A stretch of 16,103 nucleotides of DNA, from the NCBI GenBank assembly GCA_049971805.1, contig JBMFKU010000015.1, positions 1-16,103 of the forward strand, in the 5' to 3' direction. Shown piece by piece: positions 1 to 8,080 of the stretch; position 1 is the first letter of the stretch; the number at the start of each line of letters is the position of its first letter. The position numbers and the translations under genes were made by a program. The stretch comes from Caldisphaera sp. Its GTDB lineage: Archaea; Thermoproteota; Thermoprotei_A; Sulfolobales; Acidilobaceae. Below the pieces are notes generated by a model. That model was not told the origin of the DNA. It saw only the letters and a program-made list of their open reading frames with translations, and made no database searches.

Positions 1-400
1 ACTAAGCACATTTGAATATAAAAAGGATTTTTACTAAAGTGAAAAAGGATTCAGCCCCATTTCACCTCCTCATATCCACCAAAGTCTAGAAATAAGGATT
101 GAGTTGGTTTCTCTGACCTGGGATTAACTAACATATGTTAGCTTTACTTTATCATTAGCAAGTAAAGCAAAGTTAAAAAAGCATTAAATTAATTAATTAA
201 AAATATTATTGATATGAAAATTAGGGAAGCTTTGTAAAAATATAATTTGAAAGTATTTAAACCTGTTTTCTTTTACCACTTTCTGATGAGTAAAGTGGCA
301 GAATTAAAAACTATAAATTCGTATCATTATTTTGACCCAGTTCACGCTTATTTTTTTAGTTTATGGAATTATAAATAACAAATTAAGTGAAAAATTAAAA

Positions 401-622
401 TTATACCGTTGTTAACCGGAGGTTAACAATTAGCTTTCTTTGCTTGTCTCTTCCGATTTTGTTCTTTCCATAAAGGCCCTCTTTAATTAATACTTCCGCA
501 ACTATAGTAAAAGCATTGTTATTTTTAATATTGCTCATTAAAAATAAAACTAGGTTGTAAAACTCTTTCAAGTCTTTCATTGCTAAATAATTAAGCAATT
601 TATTAATTTCCTTTTGGAACAA
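401..622 (-). pseudogene. Small hypothetical ORF or gene relic
   Basis: 73 codons with host-like usage. An AGGTGA SD (641-646) and ATG AAA AGG just upstream are out of frame with it by one base. No recognisable motif. Confidence 0.3.
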
Positions 623-979
623 AGCCTTTTCATCGTTTCATCACCTAACGCTGGTTAAGCTATTGCATCTATTGTTTCTGTTATTATAAAAGCAACGCTT
701 TAGCCTTTAATTGGTTAACGTTATAATTAAGATGAAAAGCATTTTGAATATCATAAAAAAAGCTTTTTTTAGAAATAATTAAGTCACCATAAAGCTAGAA
801 TTAATTTGTACTGATCCAGAGCAGGTTTTTGTATACCTTTCAGGAATTGCAAGAGTTAAATCTAAAGCTGAACCATTACTTTTTTCAGAAAGAAATATGA
901 TTGCACTAAAAATAAAGCATATATTTTAGGGAAAATCTATATACATAAAGAAGCTTACAATTAAGTGAGGTTATAAATA

Positions 980-2153
980 ATGCATAGAAACGCGAAACTG
1001 GCTATACTTTCGAGAGCTCTTATAAGTTTAAGTTATGGTTTCATAATGGTTATATTTCCTCTATATTTGTACAGCATAGGTTTTCCTTTAGCGATTGTTG
1101 GGCTCGTACTCTTCACAGCAATGATAATAAATGCCTTGCTTGCGCTTTTTATGGGTATGCTGGCAGATCACTATGGCAGGAAGTTAATCCTATCGATACT
1201 TTTCGCCATGTTTTCGCTTTCAACCGGACTTTTGCTAATAGTGAGAAATCCTGCTATTATTGCGTTGCTTGCTGGGCTTGCAGGATTTACAACGGGTTCG
1301 ACTGGAGGGCCTATAGGCTCGGGGGGGACCTGTTGGTGGGATCCAAACAGCCATAATAAGTGAAACTGTTGATAACCGTAGGCTCGCAAAGCTCTTAGGA
1401 ACAGCATCTATTATAGAGATGGCTTCTGCTATGGTCGGCTCATATATAATTCCTATTGTTGAAGCACTGCATGTTTACCTTTATGGTCTATTTTATCTGG
1501 GTACCATGCTCGGGATCATAGCTTTTGTTTCATCATTGCTAATAAAAGATATGGGAGTAAGGAGTAAGAAGTTTCTGCCTTCAGTTTCTCTTAAAAACAT
1601 ATTTAAGCTCAGCATACCTACAATACCATGTGGGTTAGGTTCAGGATTAATAGTACCAGCACTTTCGCTCTGGTTGAAATTGAGGTACCATGTTTCTACG
1701 GGAGTTATTGGAGTCGTTTTTGGGACAATGAACATTTTCGTCATAATATTCATGCTTTTAATGCCATTACTAGCCATGAAAGTGGGGAAGCTGAAGATTA
1801 TAGTTCTCTCGAGGGTCGTGGGATCCATAGCATTCATATTGATGGCCTTCTCTTCGTTCTTTATGCTGGCAGCATTTTTTATAATAACTAGGGGTGCTTT
1901 TGCCATGGGTTCCATGCCTGTCAGACAGTCATTCGTTATGACAAACGTGCATGAAACAGAAAGAGCAACAACTAATGGGGCAACATCACTAAGCAGAAAC
2001 GGGGCTTCGTCTTTTGGAGCTCTCATTTCAGGATATATGATGCAATCTTATCTGATGTATATACCTGCTTTAGGAGGAATAATAACAATGTTTGACCCCC
2101 TGCTTTACTATCTGATGTTCAGGCAGCAGTGGAAAGAAAAGAAGATGCCTTAA
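980..2153 (+). pseudogene. Major facilitator superfamily transporter, frameshifted (ORFs 980-1363 and 1419-2153 are one gene)
   Basis: N-terminal part has hydrophobic helices and MFS motif A (GMLADHYGRK). C-terminal part has further TM helices and the loop LLAMKVGKLK. Deleting one G from the G7 run at 1321-1327 gives the continuous reading GGPIGSGGPVGGIQTAIISETVDNRRLAKLLGTASIIEMASAM, a 390-aa protein. SD-like GAGGT lies upstream of ATG 980. Confidence 0.88.
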
Positions 2154-2284
2154 ATGCTCTATGGACTTTTTATGCTAAAGTCCTTAAGAATAATTATATG
2201 GTTTTGCTCGTTTATCTTATATCTATCTAGCCTAATAATAAGTAGAAGTTTCCTCTTTTTCTATTTTTAGATAATAATGGGCAG

Positions 2285-2680
2285 TTATTTTTCATGTGTT
2301 GTGGTTTTTTTATCCTTTTCTGCCCTTAACAAAGAAAGATTATTATGCCTCGTTGTTTTCTTTGTTATTACTTGAGCATTAATTATTAACAATTCTTTGT
2401 ATTTCTCATAGAATTTACTTCGCGTGTCATTAAAGCTAACTTTTCTATTTTTGTAGAAAAACTATTGTTTCTCATAATTTAATTCATTAACCTATTTTGA
2501 TGAAATGTTAGATAATTTCTCAATATTCAGTCTTCAAAGAGGTCAACAACTATTGCTTTAACATTTTCATTCTTAACTTCATAAATGCCGCTTCAGGCAT
2601 TGCAAAAGTAATAATTGGCTAATGTTCCTCATCCTTATAAAGTTGGCCCGATGTGAGCATGATTATTTCATAGTTTTTAT
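2285..2680 (-). pseudogene. Probable degraded gene relic
   Basis: Purine-rich minus strand with protein-like fragments in different frames separated by stops (GIYEVKNENVKAIVVDLFED; FFYKNRKVSFNDTRSKFYEKYKELLIINAQ). Confidence 0.3.
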
Positions 2681-2879
2681 CTTAAATAAAAATCAAAAGC
2701 TTTACTATATCATTAATGGAATGGTCGGGCTTTTGTTATTAGATTGTGAATATATTAACAATCTGAAAGAAAAATAGCAAAGATTTGCATAAGGGGATAT
2801 AAACTAAGACTTATGAGAACTCGCTGCTAATAATAGGAGAAATTTCTATTTTTTAAACAAAATAATTTTTTATAAAAAT

Positions 2880-5351
2880 TTATAAATTAATTTCGTGATT
2901 CATATCTTCTGTTATATTATAGTAGTTTTTTGCTATTTTTCTAATAGAATTTTTTACTATATTATCTGCCTTTTCAACGCTAACCCTTAATTCCTTGCTA
3001 ACCTCTTTCCAAGGTCTCCCTTGCATAACCTTTAAAATTAATGCCTTTTCTTCAATGTCATCTAAAAAATTTTTATCTACAGGGGACCTTTCCCAATAAT
3101 TCTTTACAACCTTTATTATTATATCGTTTGTTGTTTCATAAGTCATTGTACCATATAGGTAAGCCCATAATCTTTGTTTCTCCAGTTCACTCAACCTAAC
3201 AACTTCATAATCTAGAGGAACAGATTTTAGCATAAGAGATGCCAGTTCAGGCTCCATAGTTTTATATGTATCGTAAAGGCTATTAAGCAACTTTTCTTTA
3301 AATATATTGGTAATTATTTTTTGTATAATTATAGCATCTTTAGAAATAGGCTTTAAAACTAAAACAGTGTATTCACCGCTTACTGGATTTCTATCTGGGC
3401 TTATGTGAATTATACTAAAGCCATTTTTAAACCAGAAGTTTAATAGCCTATCGTTTACGCCAAATCCGCTACCCAACCAATCATATTTGCTAAGGCTTTC
3501 TTTATATAAAAATGACAATAATTGCGACCCTGCACTCTTATCTTGTATTTTAGGATGGGTTGCAATTCTAACAATCCTCCAACCCTTTAATGTACCAAAT
3601 TGATAAATCCTGTAGTGCTTAACTATCCTGTCTGGTATTATGTTCCCCCTTGTTTTATCCTCAGTAAGCAAAGACTTGCTATATTCTTTTTTTAAACCTC
3701 CCTCTTCTGCAAGCAAAGATGCTGAAACAATTTTACCATTTTTCGTTGAAACTGCTCTGATGCTGTAATGAGGTGCATCTGCCATTAATGCTAAATCATC
3801 AGGTTCATTTCTATAATGGGCCTGTACATAAATTCCGAATATTTGCCTTAGAATTTCCTCTTTTTCATAAAACAGCTCTTCTGGATTATAGGCTTTATAT
3901 TCCAACTCATTGCTCAGAACATCTTTTATATCGCTCTCATCTAAATCCGCTGGCTCCGCATCCAATAGTAAAACATCAAATAGCCAATTTTCAACTGGAT
4001 CGTTTTTAGCGTATCTAATGGGCTCATTCATTTCTATCATTTTAAGGCTTGTATCTTTATCATTTTTTATAAAATTCAAAAACCTAACGCTAAACCCCCT
4101 ACCTGCACCTTCGTAACCATGTATTGTTGAAGCGACTATAATGTTTTTATGATATTGCCAAAGTTTATATAAAAGAGTTACTGGTAAACCGCTTGCTTCG
4201 TCTATAGCTAATATATCCGCTTGCTCATATATGGCATCTTTAGGCTCTAAATAAACTATTGAAAATTTGTCTCCTATTATAGATTTTATTAGCTCTTCCC
4301 TGTTTTTAAAAATTTTATAATCAAGGTTTTCTTGAGATAGAGCTTTAATAGACAATTCCATCAAGCTTTGAGTATTTTCAATGCTTGGTGAAGTAACAAC
4401 TATTTTAACTTTTCTTGTGTTAGAAAGAGCCTTTACAAGACCTGCTATGCTTATTCCTAGTGCACAGCTCTTTCCCCTACCCCTATCTGCTGTAATAACA
4501 AGCATCTTCTTTTTATTACTTTGTTCTATTAGCCATTCAGCTTCTTTTATTACGTTAACTTGATCTTGGGTTAAAGCCAAATTGTATATTTCTTTTGGAA
4601 AGATTACATCGTTTTGTATTTCAATCTTTGTTTCTTCACTTTTAATAGATTCTTCAGAAATTATAGGATCCTTTATTAGGTTATCATTATCTGCATCATA
4701 TACATAAATGTTTTCTTTATGGTCAATAATTTTTTTCTTAAACCACTTAATAAAAATATTCCTAGGCCTTTCAAAGCCTGGAATTATTAAGTTCTTTTTA
4801 AAAAGAGTTATTTTATCATCCCAAGAATTCCATGAAGGAGTTTGAAATATAAGTAAACCCCCTCCTTCGATTAGCCCTGTTATTATCCCGACGTAGTTAG
4901 GCCTTAAATCATTAAATAAATCAACAACTGCGCCCTGAAATGTTTGGCCCATTAGCTTTTTAGAATCCTCAATTCTATATATTGAAATCTTTAGTTTTCC
5001 ACCTCTTTCCTTTACAGCTCTTTTACAAACCTCTTTTTTTAATTTAGAATCATCAAATGTATCATAAAAAACATATAAGAAATTTATTTCTTTTTTTATC
5101 ATTTTTTCTCTTAAAACCTCTTCATAAAAAAGCAATAGCCTAGAAGTTAAGAGGGCAATTTTTTCTTGATTCTCTCCTGATAAAAATATCATGATTCTTT
5201 TTCTAGATTTTAAAGAAATATCTATAGCTTTTCTTAATTTTTTTAAAAACCTCAAATAGTTTGTAGGAAATTCTCCTGCCAATTCATAAGTAATTTTTTC
5301 TGATTCTTTTTTTATCTTTTCCTTAACATTTTCCTCCAAAAATCCCACCAA
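2880..5351 (-). CDS. tmcA: tRNA/rRNA cytidine N4-acetyltransferase TmcA (Nat10/Kre33 family; helicase plus GNAT domains)
   Basis: Walker A TADRGRGKS, Walker B-like IDEAS, STIHGYEGAGRGF, AHYRNEPDDL, GNAT RIVRIATHP and GSGFG motifs; 823 aa. Start is TTG 5351 or GTG 5348, directly after the epimerase stop. Confidence 0.95.
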   Translation of the reverse strand: MVGFLEENVKEKIKKESEKITYELAGEFPTNYLRFLKKLRKAIDISLKSRKRIMIFLSGENQEKIALLTSRLLLFYEEVLREKMIKKEINFLYVFYDTFDDSKLKKEVCKRAVKERGGKLKISIYRIEDSKKLMGQTFQGAVVDLFNDLRPNYVGIITGLIEGGGLLIFQTPSWNSWDDKITLFKKNLIIPGFERPRNIFIKWFKKKIIDHKENIYVYDADNDNLIKDPIISEESIKSEETKIEIQNDVIFPKEIYNLALTQDQVNVIKEAEWLIEQSNKKKMLVITADRGRGKSCALGISIAGLVKALSNTRKVKIVVTSPSIENTQSLMELSIKALSQENLDYKIFKNREELIKSIIGDKFSIVYLEPKDAIYEQADILAIDEASGLPVTLLYKLWQYHKNIIVASTIHGYEGAGRGFSVRFLNFIKNDKDTSLKMIEMNEPIRYAKNDPVENWLFDVLLLDAEPADLDESDIKDVLSNELEYKAYNPEELFYEKEEILRQIFGIYVQAHYRNEPDDLALMADAPHYSIRAVSTKNGKIVSASLLAEEGGLKKEYSKSLLTEDKTRGNIIPDRIVKHYRIYQFGTLKGWRIVRIATHPKIQDKSAGSQLLSFLYKESLSKYDWLGSGFGVNDRLLNFWFKNGFSIIHISPDRNPVSGEYTVLVLKPISKDAIIIQKIITNIFKEKLLNSLYDTYKTMEPELASLMLKSVPLDYEVVRLSELEKQRLWAYLYGTMTYETTNDIIIKVVKNYWERSPVDKNFLDDIEEKALILKVMQGRPWKEVSKELRVSVEKADNIVKNSIRKIAKNYYNITEDMNHEINL

Positions 5352-6305
5352 TCATTGTTTATTTAATGCCTCCTTTACAGCTAATTTGACTGCATCGTAG
5401 CTGTTCATCCTTGGTCTCCATCCTTTACTCTTTGCCTTATCAATGCTCAACATCATATATTTTACATCACCCTTCCATCCTCTTCCTCCATCGACTCCCC
5501 CTGTTGTATAAATTTTTGGAGACAATCCCATTTCTTCAACTATGATTTTCGCAATATCCATTACTGATATTCTATCCTCGCTGCCTAAATTATATGAATC
5601 ATATGTTATTTTTTCTTCCAAGTTCTTATTAAATAGATAGACAATGCCTTCAATAACATCTTTTACATGAATGTAACTTTTACTTTGTGTTCCGTCTCCT
5701 AAAACTTCAAGTTTAGAACTGTCTTTCTTTAGTTTTTCTATAAAATCGTGAATCACTCCATGATTAGATCTTTTACCTATTACATTTGCAAGCCTAAAAG
5801 ATACTGAGTTCATATTAAATGTGTGTGAATATGCACTTATCATGGCCTCTGAGGCAAGTTTTGCCCCTCCATAGATGCTTATTGGTTCTAATGGAGCATA
5901 GTTTTCCGGTGTTGGTATAACTTTTGCATCACCATAAACAGTTGATGAAGAAGCAAAGCACAATTTTTTAACATTTTTCTTTCTCATAGCTTCTAGTAAG
6001 TTGTATGTCATGAATACATTTAAATCATATAAAGAATCAGGCGATTGTTCCCCAATTCTAACTTCAGGATTTGCAGCTAAATGGTAAACTTCTTCAATTC
6101 CATTAACTGAATTTAGGGCTACTTCACCATTTCTTAAATCTCCTTTTATAAACTCGAAATCTTTTTCTCCCATCAAATGGCTTATATTTCTTAAATCTCC
6201 ATTGCTTAAATCATCAACTATTCTTACTTGATATCCTTTGCTTAATAGATAATCTGTAAGATGAGACCCAATAAACCCTGCTCCACCAGTAACTAGTATT
6301 TTCAT
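5352..6305 (-). CDS. NAD-dependent epimerase/dehydratase (UDP-glucose 4-epimerase-like extended SDR)
   Basis: TGGAGFIGSH Rossmann motif, HLAA, ASSSTVYG, catalytic YGGAK (YxxxK), GDGTQSKSYIHVKD; SD AGGGGA upstream. Confidence 0.93.
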   Translation of the reverse strand: MKILVTGGAGFIGSHLTDYLLSKGYQVRIVDDLSNGDLRNISHLMGEKDFEFIKGDLRNGEVALNSVNGIEEVYHLAANPEVRIGEQSPDSLYDLNVFMTYNLLEAMRKKNVKKLCFASSSTVYGDAKVIPTPENYAPLEPISIYGGAKLASEAMISAYSHTFNMNSVSFRLANVIGKRSNHGVIHDFIEKLKKDSSKLEVLGDGTQSKSYIHVKDVIEGIVYLFNKNLEEKITYDSYNLGSEDRISVMDIAKIIVEEMGLSPKIYTTGGVDGGRGWKGDVKYMMLSIDKAKSKGWRPRMNSYDAVKLAVKEALNKQ

Positions 6306-6456
6306 TTATATCCCCTAAATTAAAATATAAATGGTCATTTATATTTTGTTTATCGATCTATATTTAAGCTTATAATGGAATTCAAAAGGACATTAGGGTT
6401 ACACCCCTTATACCCTCTGTAATCTATTATGGAAACTGGGTGTAGGGGGATAAATT

Positions 6457-6756
6457 TTGGTTGATCAAAAAATAACTGAACCAGGAATATGCCCATATTG
6501 TGGAGCGCCAACAGATTTCCACTATGAAATAGAGGGGCCTATAATAAAAGATGATGAGCCATTTGTTGAGATAACATATCAAGTTTCATGTAGCATGTGT
6601 GGTTATAATGATAAAAAATCCATATATATTCCCCTTTCAAGCCTTTATATGCTAAGGTATATGCTTACCCCAAAAAGTAGGATTGCTCTAGAAAGAATAA
6701 AGATACTAACGGATATAAAGAAGATAGAAGGTACAACTCTTCAATCGCAATCTTAA
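6457..6756 (+). CDS. Small zinc-ribbon protein of unknown function
   Basis: Two Cys pairs, CPYCG and CSMCG; TTG start preceded by GGGGG SD (6445-6449); T-rich tract after the stop. Confidence 0.8.
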   Translation: MVDQKITEPGICPYCGAPTDFHYEIEGPIIKDDEPFVEITYQVSCSMCGYNDKKSIYIPLSSLYMLRYMLTPKSRIALERIKILTDIKKIEGTTLQSQS

Positions 6757-6807
6757 TTTTTGTTTGTTTAGGTCTTCTCTGTTAAGCTTTCAGTTTTAAA
6801 TAGTTAT

Positions 6808-6826
6808 AAGAAAAACTATATTTAAT
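6808..6826 (+). promoter_or_regulatory. Probable BRE-TATA promoter of the tRNA gene
   Basis: Purine-rich AAGAAAAAC followed by TATATTTAAT about 26-35 nt upstream of the mature tRNA 5' end. Confidence 0.55.
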
Positions 6827-6851
6827 CCTTAATTTAACTTTGTGGAAAGGA

Positions 6852-6936
6852 GCGGGGGTGCCCGAGCCTGGTCAAAGGGGACGGGCCTAGAACCCGTTGG
6901 CGTAGGCCTGCGTGGGTTCAAACCCCACCCCCCGCA
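6852..6936 (+). tRNA. tRNA-Leu(UAG), intronless, CCA not encoded
   Basis: Acceptor GCGGGGG (6852-6858) pairs with CCCCCGC (6929-6935); anticodon stem ACGGG/CCCGT with loop CCTAGAA (TAG at 6888-6890); long variable arm GGC-GTAG-GCC; T arm GTGGG-TTCAAAC-CCCAC; discriminator A73. Confidence 0.95.
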
Positions 6937-6995
6937 TTTAATATATATTAAAAAATTAAAACAGGCCTTTCAATGATAGTAATTGTGATAGATAA

Positions 6996-7481
6996 ATGGA
7001 TCCAAAAGAACTATTAAAATCTTTTATGAGATACTCTGCTAAGCAAGTTTACGTTGTTACATCAAAAGGTGAAAGGGGATACTCTGCTATTACAGTATCT
7101 GCTAGCACGGGTGTTAGCTTAAATCCTCCGCTAATTTTAATATCAATAGATAAAGAGTCTATTAACCATGATAAATTAATAAATTCAAGATATTTCATTC
7201 TAACTTTGCTATCGGATAATGATAAACAAATATCTAGAATAATGGCAGAAAAGAAAAGCCCTGAAAAGAAGTTAAAGATTGTTGGATTTGAAGAAACAGA
7301 TTATGGACCAATATTAAAAATTGAAAGACCTTATCTTGTGTTAAAATTTTACAGATCATGTGAAGGAGGGGATCATACAATAATTTTGGGTGAAATCATT
7401 GGTGGAAAGATAAATAACATTGAAAAACCCTTGGTTTACTTTAATAGGAATTATACGACGATTAAAAATGAAAATAAATAG
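6996..7481 (+). CDS. Flavin reductase-like protein (HpaC/RutF family)
   Basis: VYVVTS, SVS-like GVSLNPPLILISI, GGDHTIILG and C-terminal PLVYFNRNY motifs; 161 aa. Confidence 0.92.
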   Translation: MDPKELLKSFMRYSAKQVYVVTSKGERGYSAITVSASTGVSLNPPLILISIDKESINHDKLINSRYFILTLLSDNDKQISRIMAEKKSPEKKLKIVGFEETDYGPILKIERPYLVLKFYRSCEGGDHTIILGEIIGGKINNIEKPLVYFNRNYTTIKNENK

Positions 7482-7496
7482 AAAAATTTTTAAATT
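7481..7496 (+). promoter_or_regulatory. Candidate BRE-TATA element upstream of the methyltransferase gene
   Basis: GAAAAATTTTTAAATT resembles an archaeal BRE plus TTTAAA box; the same motif recurs at 9751 and 9776. Confidence 0.4.
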
Positions 7497-7543
7497 TGTT
7501 AAAAATAATAAGATATATATGTAATGCGTAAAAGGGGCTACTT

Positions 7544-8080
7544 ATGTCTAAAGAATTAGAGAAGGCAGACGAGGAGTTACGGTGGATAGCAATGTCGTTT
7601 GGAGGTCCTTCGGTACCTTTCGTACCAACGAGGAAAGAAGTTCTTGATTTAGTATTTGAAGCACTAGATTTAAAAGAAGGAGATGTTTTATACGATTTAG
7701 GCTGTGGTGATGGAAGAATTATTATTGAAGCAGCTAAAAAATATCCAATAAAAAAAGCAGTGGGTGTTGAAATGAGGGATGAGTTGATAAAAGACATTAT
7801 GGGAAGATTAAAGGAAGAAAATGTTGAAAACAAGGTTGAAGTGGTTCATGGAGATTTCTTTAAGACACCTATAAGCGATGCAACTGTAGTTTACATGTAT
7901 CTATTAACAAGTGTTAATGAGGCTTTGAAGCCAAAATTAAAGCAGGAATTAAAGCCTGGAACTAGAGTTGTTACTCTAGATTTCCAAATACCCGGATGGA
8001 AGCCCATAAAAATTGTTGGAGATAAATTAGGCTGGCAGAAGACCCTATATGTTTATGTAATAGGAGTATCTGATGTTTAA
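7544..8080 (+). CDS. SAM-dependent protein-lysine N-methyltransferase (crenarchaeal aKMT / Dot1-like family)
   Basis: VPFVPT, YDLGCGDGRIII, KAVGVE, DATVVYMYLLTSVNEALKPKLKQELKPGTRVV closely follow the Sulfolobus aKMT sequence as I recall it; GGGG SD upstream. Confidence 0.88.
   Translation: MSKELEKADEELRWIAMSFGGPSVPFVPTRKEVLDLVFEALDLKEGDVLYDLGCGDGRIIIEAAKKYPIKKAVGVEMRDELIKDIMGRLKEENVENKVEVVHGDFFKTPISDATVVYMYLLTSVNEALKPKLKQELKPGTRVVTLDFQIPGWKPIKIVGDKLGWQKTLYVYVIGVSDV

Noticed and set aside
51-134. Minus-strand ATGAGGA-N12-CTGA resembling half a C/D-box sRNA, also a perfect GGAGGTGA SD and a 27-aa ORF
   Set aside because: No upstream box C and D' at the expected spacing, no recognisable guide target, and the ATG after the SD opens only 8 codons.
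276-310. CTGATGAG as a hammerhead ribozyme core
   Set aside because: No stem II followed by GAAA and no cleavage-site helix; the motif sits in a simple hairpin loop.
754-771. 18-bp perfect palindrome TAAAAAAAGCTTTTTTTA
   Set aside because: Low-complexity A/T runs expected by chance in this composition; at most a bidirectional terminator.
1171-2026. ORFs 1171-1407 (-), 1493-2026 (-) and 1628-1891 (+) overlapping the MFS gene
   Set aside because: Antisense or alternate-frame shadows of a well-supported gene, with no motifs of their own.
3773-4563. Plus-strand ORFs 3773-4009, 3910-4116 and 4381-4563
   Set aside because: Antisense to tmcA; composition is typical of shadow frames.
6887-6889. 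CTA triplet read as an amber-suppressor or pyrrolysine anticodon
   Set aside because: Stem geometry places the anticodon at TAG 6888-6890, the body is a typical tRNA-Leu, and there are no pyl genes.
6890-6936. tRNA 3' half as an integration (att) site
   Set aside because: No second copy and no integrase in the window; flanking genes look like core genes.
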